Origin: a virus
Taxonomy: Duplodnaviria; Heunggongvirae; Uroviricota; Caudoviricetes
Direction: 5' to 3' (one strand)
IMG/VR virus record: IMGVR_UViG_3300045993_000138
DNA: 64,000 nt
The translations under genes were made by a program, and so were the position numbers. This document shows positions 51,983 through 61,196 of this stretch, piece after piece; position 1 is the first letter of the stretch, and each line of letters begins with the position of its first letter. The notes beneath the pieces were generated by a model. The model did no database searches. It saw only the letters and a program-made list of their open reading frames with translations, and had not been told where the DNA came from.

Positions 51983-53671
51983 GTGATAATACCAAAAGAT
52001 CCTGAAAAACAGGATTCTATTGTTGATATTGAGACTAATACACCTAAAATCACATTCGACACTCGCCCAATACAAGAACTGTATGACGAGGCACGCAGTA
52101 TATTACTAAATCGTAATGGTCCGTATGACAAGGCAATAGACGATCTACGTTCTATTATACTGACCAATCCACCTGATGTTGCCAAGCTTGCACATGAATA
52201 TCTCGGCTATGCATACGAGAAGTCCAAGCTATACGAAAAGGCAATGAGAGAATATGCGGTATATCTGTCTCTATATCCAGAAGAGAATGATGACAGAATG
52301 AGAGTGCGTCAACGTCTCATGTCAATTGAGATCGTGGTGCCAAAAACTACATTGGACATATCCAGAAACAAGACACCACACATTGGTAACGATCATAGTG
52401 TGAATGCCACAGTCTCAGAATATGTGTACATGAATAACTCTGGTGCCAATACCACACAGGTCAGTTCAATCACAGGTGTCCAGTACAACATTAGTCTGTC
52501 ACATAATCAGTATAATCTATCATCCAGATTGAGACTCACCGAGATTAAAGACCTGTCTGGATTGAATGGCAACAGAACCAGCCTGTATACTGCATATGCA
52601 AAGTTCGAAGACACATTCAAGCACTATAATGTGATCGTCGGCAGACAGATGCCAGAGGCAGGTGCAATCAGCAGGTTCGATGGAGTCTCTGCACTGTGGG
52701 ATATTAGTGATGAATTAAAGGTAGTTATTGCCGGTGGCAAGCCATATGTCGGAATGTCGTCCAGTACATCACGCAGTTTCGAAGGTGCAGAAATAGACTG
52801 GAGTATCAATAGAGACTGGACAGTTGGATTATACTACAATCGTGAGACTGCCGACAAGTTATTGGAAAGATCCGCAATAGGCACAGACATTAACTATCGT
52901 GACGATAATACTAACATACTCACTCGCATTGAATATGACACGGTATATCATAGCTATAATTCCATTACGATACAGGCTAATAAATTCTTCAAGAATTACC
53001 AGATATTCGGACTGTACGAGCGCAGACGTTCACCAATGCTATATGCAGACAGTGCATTGTCGTTGGGTGGATTGAATCCAGACAGACAGGTATATAATTC
53101 TGTCAGCGAAATGATCAGCAAGTCTGGATTGAATCAGGCAGAGATCTATAACTACATCGAATCATCCACACCATTTGCAACATCATTTGTAGTGGGCGCA
53201 AACAAGAAACTGAACAAGCAATGGACAGTCGCAACAGATTTTCAAGTCACCAATCTGTCAACAGTGCCGGGTTTCAATATAGTATCACAGACACCATATG
53301 ATCCTGTGCCCATTCAAATAGGACAATCTAATTCATATGCATTGGGATTGCATTTGACTGGCGATAATATACTGAAAGAGAACAATACCACAGAATTCGT
53401 GTTGAATCACGGCATTGGCTCCATCAATTCGTACTCTATTACCGCAGCGGATAATTTCAGAAAGAATAAAAACACAACGTCATTGATAGTGCGCTATGAT
53501 TATTACGATCATGACAACATCGTTAACAAGACTGTATCCACCATGCTACGTGGCATCTATACTATCAATGATCACCATGCAATCGAGGCACAGTATTCTA
53601 GAGCATGGACACTTTCACCTGACTACAAACCAACCGACTCACTCTATATTGGATACCGATATGACTTTTAA
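51983..53671 (+). CDS. TPR-containing outer-membrane beta-barrel lipoprotein. The N-terminus probably extends upstream to ~51770-51810.
   Basis: C-terminal beta-signal ...SLYIGYRYDF. N/S/T/Y/G-rich amphipathic strands. TPR helices (YLGYAYEKSKLYEKAMREYAVYLSLYP). The in-frame upstream extension encodes SILILVSCSN (lipobox) but has no ATG. Confidence 0.55.
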   Translation: MIIPKDPEKQDSIVDIETNTPKITFDTRPIQELYDEARSILLNRNGPYDKAIDDLRSIILTNPPDVAKLAHEYLGYAYEKSKLYEKAMREYAVYLSLYPEENDDRMRVRQRLMSIEIVVPKTTLDISRNKTPHIGNDHSVNATVSEYVYMNNSGANTTQVSSITGVQYNISLSHNQYNLSSRLRLTEIKDLSGLNGNRTSLYTAYAKFEDTFKHYNVIVGRQMPEAGAISRFDGVSALWDISDELKVVIAGGKPYVGMSSSTSRSFEGAEIDWSINRDWTVGLYYNRETADKLLERSAIGTDINYRDDNTNILTRIEYDTVYHSYNSITIQANKFFKNYQIFGLYERRRSPMLYADSALSLGGLNPDRQVYNSVSEMISKSGLNQAEIYNYIESSTPFATSFVVGANKKLNKQWTVATDFQVTNLSTVPGFNIVSQTPYDPVPIQIGQSNSYALGLHLTGDNILKENNTTEFVLNHGIGSINSYSITAADNFRKNKNTTSLIVRYDYYDHDNIVNKTVSTMLRGIYTINDHHAIEAQYSRAWTLSPDYKPTDSLYIGYRYDF

Positions 53672-54194
53672 AACACTTTTATTCGTGACACTTTTGTTAC
53701 TGATTGTACCGTATTCTGTACTAAATGCTGCCGAATGTACACGATATGAGACACTGCATCCTACCTATCCATTGACAGGTGCCCATTTGAGTACAGGCAA
53801 ATGTACATCGTGTGGTCTGTGCCATATACCGGCAGGAAATGCAATCTGGATGGGCACACCAAGAACATGTATCGCATGTCACAATGGAAGCCCGTCACGC
53901 ATGACAATAGGCAGATCAGCAAAGCATCTACCTACGCTATTATTGGACTGTGGAGGATGCCATAATACCACGTTATTCAATAGTTTCACGGGTATTACAC
54001 AGGCAATGATACACAATACTGGATATCCTGCCGTGCGCTGCGATGCGTGCCATAATGGACAGTATACTACCTATAATGCGCGTGGCAAATCGAACGATCA
54101 TCCTAGAACAGTAAGGGGAGTTGTCGTCACTACTGTGGATTGCAACTATCCGGGTGGATGCCACAGACCGACAGATCCTTCATTCAACAACTGA
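53661..54194 (+). CDS. Multiheme c-type cytochrome (4 CxxCH plus 1 CX5CH), secreted
   Basis: Signal peptide MTFKTLLFVTLLLLIV...NAAE, then CGLCH, CIACH, CGGCH, CDACH, CNYPGGCH. Start overlaps the barrel gene end. Confidence 0.75.
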   Translation: MTFKTLLFVTLLLLIVPYSVLNAAECTRYETLHPTYPLTGAHLSTGKCTSCGLCHIPAGNAIWMGTPRTCIACHNGSPSRMTIGRSAKHLPTLLLDCGGCHNTTLFNSFTGITQAMIHNTGYPAVRCDACHNGQYTTYNARGKSNDHPRTVRGVVVTTVDCNYPGGCHRPTDPSFNN

Positions 54195-54249
54195 TGTTTC
54201 CTAAATAGCAGTGTCTCATTAATTTCTCCGTAAAGGAATACGCACTAAA

Positions 54250-55020
54250 ATGAACAAGTTCAAGAGCCTTTTGTTATCTACATTGATGCTCATAACAACG
54301 ACTGTTGGATTTTACCTTCCAGCCACAGTTGCTATCGCATTGATTCCTGACACTGCACAAGCCGCAGAATGTACACAGTACGAAACACTACACCCTAACT
54401 ATCCATTGACAGGTTCACACTTGTCCACTGGTAAGTGTGGAACATGTGCATCGTGCCATGCTGGTGGCATCTATGTCGGTACACCAAAGGTATGTGCAAC
54501 ATGCCACAATGGTAATCCTAGCGGACAAATTTCGGCAGCGACAATCGGTAAGTCATCCGCGCACATTCCAATCGGAACCACAACGTGCGATACCTGCCAC
54601 AATACTACATCATTTACCGCAACGTGGACAATGAATCACGCGAGTGTATCAGGACAACGATGCGATACGTGCCATACAGGAACAACCTATACTGCATATG
54701 GTGCGATGGGCAAGGACACGAATCACATCAATACCACACAGGATTGTGTGCAGTGCCATGCTTCGATGGACACAGGAATGACACACACCAATACTGACTG
54801 GTTCATTCCAATCGCTGCGATTCACGTAGGAATCACCACAGGATGCGTATCGTGCCATGATGGTACACATGCGACAGGTAAGATTAATTATGCGGCAGGA
54901 CACCCTGTAACATCAGATGCATGTGAAACATGTCACTCTATTAACACAAACTTCAAGTGTGCTTCATTAATAGATGACAAACCATTTCTTGCAATGCTAA
55001 AGAAAAAGCTATTCGCATAA
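54250..55020 (+). CDS. Multiheme c-type cytochrome (7 CxxCH), secreted; paralog of the previous gene
   Basis: Signal peptide. The shared N-terminal motif AAECT(R/Q)YETLHP.YPLTG.HLSTGKC links it to the upstream cytochrome. Seven CxxCH motifs: CASCH, CATCH, CDTCH, CDTCH, CVQCH, CVSCH, CETCH. Confidence 0.75.
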   Translation: MNKFKSLLLSTLMLITTTVGFYLPATVAIALIPDTAQAAECTQYETLHPNYPLTGSHLSTGKCGTCASCHAGGIYVGTPKVCATCHNGNPSGQISAATIGKSSAHIPIGTTTCDTCHNTTSFTATWTMNHASVSGQRCDTCHTGTTYTAYGAMGKDTNHINTTQDCVQCHASMDTGMTHTNTDWFIPIAAIHVGITTGCVSCHDGTHATGKINYAAGHPVTSDACETCHSINTNFKCASLIDDKPFLAMLKKKLFA

Positions 55021-55493
55021 GAAATGCTTGACTGAATGCCCGCGAGTGTGCTATACTAAAATATAGTTTTAACATTCGCGGGTTTTCTGCATTCTGTGTG
55101 TGGTGCGGTGCACACTATTACATAAATATGGTATGAGGGCACCAAAATAATATGGACAAGCGATGGATGCAACTCTACTCAATTCTCATAGCATTAAGTA
55201 TTCTGCTGATGATTGTCTTAATAATAAGGGACGGGAACAATACTCAATAATTCTTTGAAGATTAATAAACAATGTCTGGTGGCTGACTATACTATCACAA
55301 AAAGCATAGGAGCGACCAAATCAAATGCATAACAATACACAAGACGTATTCTCAGCATTTATATCGGACACTGGCTGGCTATTCATCTATATTAATCAGG
55401 AAGGCATTCACACATGGTATCCACTTATCAAACTCAATGACGACCAACAACAGCAATACAAAGACATAGCCGACAAGTATCAAGTATCAAACA

Positions 55494-56069
55494 ATGTCAA
55501 CGAATAAATTCATAGACGCAATGCTAATGATGTACGATGCCTATGATCCATACACAGTGGGTCATGGGCATCGTGTCGGCACGCTTTCGCATGACATTGC
55601 ACTTCGCATGGGAATGGATCAAAAGGCAGCAGACAATCTAAGACTCATGGGAATGGTACATGATGTCGGCAAGATTGCAGTGCCATTGAATATTCTGGCA
55701 AAGCCATCAAAACTCACACCAATCGAATATGAACTAATCAAGACTCATGTAAACGTAGGCTATGAAATATTCAGAAACTTCGATGATCCAAAGGATCTTG
55801 CCACAGTCATTCTACAGCATCATGAAAGACTGGACGGCAGTGGATATCCACACGGACTGAAAGAAGACGAGATTTTACTGGAATCCAAGATTCTTGCCAT
55901 TGCAGACACAATCGAAGCCATGTCATCCAACAGACCCTATCGCAAGGGACTAGGAATGGACGTTACTTTGAAAGAGATAGATAAAGGTAGAGGCACGAAG
56001 TATGATCGCAAGATTGCCAATACAGTGCTAAAAATGTTCAGAAAAGAGAACTACACGATCAGAGATTAA
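55494..56069 (+). CDS. HD-GYP domain phosphodiesterase (c-di-GMP hydrolase family)
   Basis: HGHRVG...VHDVGKIAVP...HHERLDGSGYPHGL...IADTIEAMSSNRPYRKG is a near-perfect HD-GYP signature. Confidence 0.8.
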   Translation: MSTNKFIDAMLMMYDAYDPYTVGHGHRVGTLSHDIALRMGMDQKAADNLRLMGMVHDVGKIAVPLNILAKPSKLTPIEYELIKTHVNVGYEIFRNFDDPKDLATVILQHHERLDGSGYPHGLKEDEILLESKILAIADTIEAMSSNRPYRKGLGMDVTLKEIDKGRGTKYDRKIANTVLKMFRKENYTIRD

Positions 56070-56455
56070 TATATTATCAGGAGATTATATTATGGGTAAT
56101 GATGAAGAACTAGAGTGTCCAAAGCATGGTACACACGATGAATGGGCTGAAACACATGAAGGCAGACTGGTCTGTGGTAAATGTATCATGGACTATTTCG
56201 TTGCCAATTTTCCATCATATGACAAGAATGGCAAAGATCTGAGAGTTCCAACAATATGCTCATATGCTGATATCAGCTTTAATGAAGCTTTTGGTGGAAA
56301 ATGAAAAAGAAAGATTTGATAATTAAAATCGAATCGCTCGAATGCCACAATAGGCAGCTAATAGAGCATAATCAAAGATTAATCAAAGAGAAAGACAGTC
56401 TGATCAAGGCAGTCGGACTATTGACACTGAAACAGATAGGAATGAGGCTAATACA

Positions 56456-56755
56456 ATGAACACATTTCCCACTCTACCCTTGATTCCACAAGACAAGGCT
56501 AATCATGCGATTTATGGAGCAATTCTTGCCACCATCATTCTTTTGATTACCACATATTTTCATATTTCAAATGCACCACTGATTTCTCTAGGATTCACAT
56601 CTATTGTTGGTGCCTACAAGGAACTCTCGGATTGGTATCAAAACAAAATTGCCAATACACAAGTACACAATGTAGATTTCTTTGACTGGCTAGCGGCATC
56701 ATTGGGTGGTGCATTAGTGTATTTACTTACAGAGGTAGGAATGAGGATTATATAA
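56456..56755 (+). CDS. Small membrane protein (2-3 TM)
   Basis: Hydrophobic segments AIYGAILATIILLITTYF and WLAASLGGALVYLL. Confidence 0.35.
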   Translation: MNTFPTLPLIPQDKANHAIYGAILATIILLITTYFHISNAPLISLGFTSIVGAYKELSDWYQNKIANTQVHNVDFFDWLAASLGGALVYLLTEVGMRII

Positions 56756-57216
56756 TGAGAATACTGCAATTCGGCACCAAAGAGAACAATTGGACATGGA
56801 TCATAGAGGGAGTGAATCTGTCATGAAAAATGATCGTTATGAATACAACAGAGAACATGATAGCGAAGAGGCACGCGCCGCACTCTATTATTGCATCGAA
56901 CAACTGGAACGTCAGGGAAAGGTATCAAAGACACTAGCCGACACATTCTATGTTTCCATGCCAGAAGAGGTATTGGCAGGGTTTATCAAGCCATGAAAAC
57001 CACAGAACCCATAGAAAAAGACGATGATCACATGACCATAGGTGAATTCATAGACGCAGTACATTCTGGATTATTCAATGACAATGATGGACATGGTGTA
57101 TATGCCGATTATACTTCCAAGGATGTTTGGTCATCTTTCGATGAAGAAGTCTATCCAAGTGACGTATACTCCAATCACATAGATCTACAGAGGACACACA
57201 TTGTGTGGTATAACAA

Positions 57217-57561
57217 ATGAGCAAAAACAAATCAGACTGGAAAGACTATAATTGGGCAAAAGACAAGAAAACTGATATCAGTCCAGAGTGGAAAGAATAT
57301 CGTTTGGCAAAAGAGAATGGAAAGTATAGCGAATATGCCGAAATAGACCTGAAAGATTGGGTAGATATACCAACAACACCCTATGCCATGTCAAAAGAGG
57401 ATTTCGCGAGTATATTCATGTGTAATGTCGAAGACGAGTATAATATCAAGCAAATGATAATGAAAACCGAAGGATTCACAGAAGAACAATATAACGAACG
57501 AATGGAAGTGGGACTAGACAGACTATATCAAGAATACCTAGACGGAATGACAAAGCCATGA
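57217..57561 (+). CDS. Hypothetical protein
   Basis: ORF. Confidence 0.35.
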   Translation: MSKNKSDWKDYNWAKDKKTDISPEWKEYRLAKENGKYSEYAEIDLKDWVDIPTTPYAMSKEDFASIFMCNVEDEYNIKQMIMKTEGFTEEQYNERMEVGLDRLYQEYLDGMTKP

Positions 57562-57627
57562 ACAAGACAGAATACATATCAAGTCACACATATTAGTGGA
57601 TAACTCTAAGAATTACTGGAAAACGAT

Positions 57628-58179
57628 ATGATTCGCCTGTTTATACTGTATCGCATAGTGAATCGCGCTAATAATCGCGAGTACTTTGGTGTCCACGCCA
57701 CTGAGGATTTTGAGTGGGGTACCGCAACTGCTAAAGATACGTGGCGACCTAGTACCAATGCATTCTCTGAGGATTTGCGAGTCTATGGTGGGTCTGTATT
57801 CTCTCTGGAGCCTATCAGATGCTTTGCGGATGAACGTGAATCCTCTGTGACTCTCAGTAACATTTTAAAGACACAGAAGCCATACTATAACTCACTGGTC
57901 GCGCAGAGTCACAGTACACCACAGATAGGTAACAAGTATGCACTAGGATACAGGCATAGTGATGCTGTTAAGCAAAAATTATCTGAGGATCGCAGTGGGT
58001 CTGGTAATCCCATGCATGGTAGAAACCACAGTGATACTTCAAAATCACTAATGGCACAGAAGAAAGCAACAAAACGATGGGTTAACGATGGTATCAGAGA
58101 ATATCAGTTATTCAAGTCTGAACCTGTACCTATTGGGTGGTTTGCAGGTAGGTTGGCACGGAAATTGCATGAAGTGTAA
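57628..58179 (+). CDS. GIY-YIG homing endonuclease with NUMOD-like C-terminal DNA-binding repeats
   Basis: LYRIVNRANNREYFGVHA (GIY-YIG). NPMHGRNHSDTSKSLM is a NUMOD3-like repeat. Confidence 0.6.
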   Translation: MIRLFILYRIVNRANNREYFGVHATEDFEWGTATAKDTWRPSTNAFSEDLRVYGGSVFSLEPIRCFADERESSVTLSNILKTQKPYYNSLVAQSHSTPQIGNKYALGYRHSDAVKQKLSEDRSGSGNPMHGRNHSDTSKSLMAQKKATKRWVNDGIREYQLFKSEPVPIGWFAGRLARKLHEV

Positions 58180-58215
58180 ATGAGAATCAGTTGCATTTGG
58201 CACTGATTTAACTTA

Positions 58216-58422
58216 TTAATTATTATGTCCAGGTTTCTTGGCAGTTGCTGCCGCTTTTATCTGATTTTTCAACCACTTATGGTAGTCTGTAACTGTTTGT
58301 TTATCTTGAAGTTTTCTATAGGCTTCTGGTTCCAAACTACCCTTGCCGACACGGTTCAGGTCGCCATATAGTTCGCGATGCTTGTTGTCTTTGAGTGCCA
58401 TTGGAATTCCTAATGATATCAA
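58216..58422 (-). CDS. Possible small basic protein on the minus strand
   Basis: Only ORF in a 660-nt gap with no + ORF. Uncertain. Confidence 0.25.
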   Translation of the reverse strand: MISLGIPMALKDNKHRELYGDLNRVGKGSLEPEAYRKLQDKQTVTDYHKWLKNQIKAAATAKKPGHNN

Positions 58423-58840
58423 GTAGTTACTGATCTGGTATTTAGGATCATGAAAAACGTATGTGATTGATTGTATTGTAGTTTCTATGAATTTCCTTGA
58501 ATCCTGAGTCTATGGGTGTATACTGATCTATATGGATGTCTAACCTGATGGGGATAGACTAGGCTATACATTGCTAGACTGTACTAGACTGGCGACTTAA
58601 CATAATGTGTTCAGAAACTGATTGTGTTCACGTAACGTGAACAGGAGCGAAAATTGAACATCTGTAACTCCTTGTATTTCTTAATGTTTTAGTGTGTCTT
58701 CAAACTTGACTCTTTCTACCAATATGCTATTATAAGTCATGGGTTGGAAGAAACCCGCGCTGAAGTCGGAAACCTACGGGGAACTGGTATAAGCGGATCT
58801 TCCAGCCCAACTAGATTAAAGTTAGATTCAGGAGAATCAT

Positions 58841-59200
58841 ATGTCGAAGTCGAAGGTTGTTAAGGTGGCGAGTGCGGTTGTGACCGAGCTTGCCGAGGTT
58901 CAGGCGAAACTCAAGGCGCTGCGTGAGTCGCAGAAGGCACTCAAGGTTGCCGCGAAGGCTGATCGTGAGAACAGCAAGCTTGCCCGTGCGATTGCGAAGG
59001 CTGAGAAGCTTGCTGCGACTGCTGCTCGCAAGGCTGCTGCGGAGTCGAAGAAGGTCGCGAAGCTTGAGGCTGCGAAGGCGCGTCTCGCGAAGCTTGAGGC
59101 TTCGGTCGCTGCGAAGGCTGCGAAGGCACGCACTCCGAAGGCGCTCAAGAAGGCTGCTCGCAAGCCGTCGAAGGTGAAGTTCATCAGTCAGGCGGCGTAA
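58841..59200 (+). CDS. Ala/Lys-rich histone H1-like (Hc1/AlgP-type) basic protein
   Basis: AKA/KKA repeats over 119 aa. GC-rich codon usage (GCG/GCC/AAG) that is atypical for this genome. RBS AGGAGAA upstream. Confidence 0.45.
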   Translation: MSKSKVVKVASAVVTELAEVQAKLKALRESQKALKVAAKADRENSKLARAIAKAEKLAATAARKAAAESKKVAKLEAAKARLAKLEASVAAKAAKARTPKALKKAARKPSKVKFISQAA

Positions 59201-59320
59201 AGTTTCGGAACAAGTAGCGGGGGGTTTCTGTGCCAGCCGCGAAAGTTCCACTCTAACAGACCCCGCGAAAGCCTCGGAAATTTGAGGTTAGTAGCGGGAT
59301 CTTCTAATAAGCAAGAATAA

Positions 59321-59352
59321 CGATGCCAACTCTGGCACTGCCCCGTTCTGGG
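59321..59352 (+). terminator. Rho-independent terminator
   Basis: GCCCCGTTCTGGGGC followed by ATTTTTTG. Confidence 0.5.
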
Positions 59353-59411
59353 GCATTTTTTGTTGTGCTGATTTTACTTATTAAATATTATGTAAAATAC
59401 ACACATAAACG

Positions 59412-59440
59412 AAAGCCACCCGAAGGTGGCTGGTTTACCG
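59412..59440 (+). terminator. Second hairpin terminator
   Basis: GCCACCcgaaGGTGGC followed by TGGTTT. Confidence 0.4.
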
Positions 59441-60072
59441 ACTGTTTGCCTATGGCTGGTTTCTGTTACCGCGTCTTCCACCATGCTATCGGATTCTAAT
59501 GCATGGTTTAGGTTATTATCCACAACGCCCTATGTACATTCTTGACTCGAAACCCCGAGTAGTACAGGTCAGGCTAAAGTTACGTCATTCGTGTTTTCTT
59601 AGTTCTCTCTGTTTCTTCACTCTATGATTCATCATACCATATCTGTGTTCATAGTCAAGTACTATAAAACTGTTGGAAATCAATGAGTTACGGGAATGGG
59701 TGGATTTAACATAATTTTTATTATGTCAAATCATATAGTCTGGATCAGGACTATGATGCCCAAGGGCTACAGCGGTAACTTATTGATTCTATTCTTCATT
59801 TTGTACTTGTATTCTTTCATACGTATGGTATTATTAATACATGGAAACGACAAACATGATGATTTCGAAGGCAAGCGCGCCCAACAGTGCGCGAGTTTCT
59901 GGCACGTTCAAGGTGATGTCACCGAAACACGCTGGAACCAAGCATTGGCTCTATGTGTGGGATCAGAATCGTGGTGATTCTGGCTCATGGCGTCCAGTGA
60001 TGCCGCTGGAACTCACTGCGGTGCTGCATTGGGAAGACATGATCAAGATTGTTACAGGTGAGATTGCTTAAT

Positions 60073-60321
60073 ATGAAGACCAATGATATCAAGAAGGGTA
60101 TGCGAGTCAAGCTGGCTAATGGCTGGTACGGCACGATGGCAGACAATGCCAAGGGCAATACTCGCATGGTCGATGTTGAGGGCACCTACCGTGAGACTGG
60201 TAGCGTCTATTCGCATGACATCGTGAAGGTGCTGCTCGGTGGATCGTGGAACAATTGCTGGATTCTGGTCGAGCATACTCCCGCGCAGAACAAGATGCGT
60301 AAGATGGTGGAGAACTTCTAA
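60073..60321 (+). CDS. Hypothetical protein
   Basis: ATG 60073 (MKTNDIKKG). Confidence 0.35.
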   Translation: MKTNDIKKGMRVKLANGWYGTMADNAKGNTRMVDVEGTYRETGSVYSHDIVKVLLGGSWNNCWILVEHTPAQNKMRKMVENF

Positions 60322-60349
60322 GTCATTGAATTCATTGAGATTTATTCAC

Positions 60350-60377
60350 TTGCAATCTTTCATGCATTTGGTATAAT
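60350..60377 (+). promoter_or_regulatory. Promoter-leader cassette B copy 1 (TTTATTCACTTGCA...GGTATAATGAATCATAGG)
   Basis: TTGCAA-N16-TATAAT. The family is repeated at 62057, 62635, 63093 and partially at 63976. Confidence 0.5.
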
Positions 60378-60403
60378 GAATCATAGGCTCTGGAAATAAA
60401 CAA

Positions 60404-60631
60404 ATGCGCAAGTACGACATCAATTCGATCATCAAGAACACTCCTGCATTCTGTGCTGTGTTTCAAATGAAGCATGATCTTGAGGTTGCTGAATTCAAGC
60501 TCAAGAAGTATGATATTCTCTTTGCCACTGGCTTTGAGAACACCTATCGCCTTCTGAGCAAGAAGGGTCCGATTGTTGTTGTTCACGGTTCGCATGTGGT
60601 TTTCGTTGCATACGAAAAGGTAAATGGCTAA
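60404..60631 (+). CDS. Hypothetical protein
   Basis: First ORF after cassette B. Confidence 0.35.
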   Translation: MRKYDINSIIKNTPAFCAVFQMKHDLEVAEFKLKKYDILFATGFENTYRLLSKKGPIVVVHGSHVVFVAYEKVNG

Positions 60632-60945
60632 TGGCACGCCGCAAGCGTAATGATCGAGTCTATCTGGTCTACCAGATTGCCGCACCTACTGGTGAAACCT
60701 ACTATGGTATCACTGCACGTATCGGTCAGGCATATGGTAAGACTCTAAAGACCCGTCTGCGTCGCCATTTTTCCAAGGCATTCAATGAAGACACCGAATG
60801 GTTGCTCCATGAAATGATTCGCGAATATCCGTTGATCACTGAATGGAACATTCAGATGGTGGAAGAGATTCGTGGGCGCAAGAATGCCTATGCTCTGGAA
60901 CGTGAATATATCACTGAATTTCAGCCTGTTTTGAACACGTTCTAA
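60631..60945 (+). CDS. Small GIY-YIG-like nuclease domain protein
   Basis: VYLVYQIAAPTGETYYGIT ... RLRRH ... E resembles the GIY-YIG core. Confidence 0.4.
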   Translation: MARRKRNDRVYLVYQIAAPTGETYYGITARIGQAYGKTLKTRLRRHFSKAFNEDTEWLLHEMIREYPLITEWNIQMVEEIRGRKNAYALEREYITEFQPVLNTF

Positions 60946-60956
60946 AGGAACATATT

Positions 60957-61196
60957 ATGTCAACTGTAAATCTTGCTGTTGCTATCTGGACCAATCACAT
61001 GTCGGAGCGGGGTGGATTCCCTGCCTGTATGACTCACAATGAATTCTCTGATTGGTCTGAGGCAGAGCGTGAAGCCCCTACCAAGCCAATTCGCGAGTTC
61101 GCGTGTCGCGACTGCACCCGTGAGTATCAGGTGGGTCAGATCAAGCTTGGAAATTGTGCGCTGGAACGCATTCATGTCGGTCGTATTGCCAAGTAA
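60957..61196 (+). CDS. Hypothetical Cys-containing protein
   Basis: ORF. Confidence 0.3.
   Translation: MSTVNLAVAIWTNHMSERGGFPACMTHNEFSDWSEAEREAPTKPIREFACRDCTREYQVGQIKLGNCALERIHVGRIAK

Noticed and set aside
58841-59200. Treating the GC-rich AKA gene as host contamination or an assembly chimera
   Set aside because: It is flanked on both sides by phage-type promoter cassettes and terminators in continuous sequence. Acquisition by the phage is more parsimonious, though read-level verification is still advisable.
58811-59251. Three overlapping alternative-frame ORFs (58890-59177 +, 58900-59184 -, 58811-59251 -) within the AKA-repeat gene
   Set aside because: They are compositional artefacts of the GC-rich Ala/Lys-repeat coding sequence. 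Only the frame with an RBS and ATG at 58841 is plausible.
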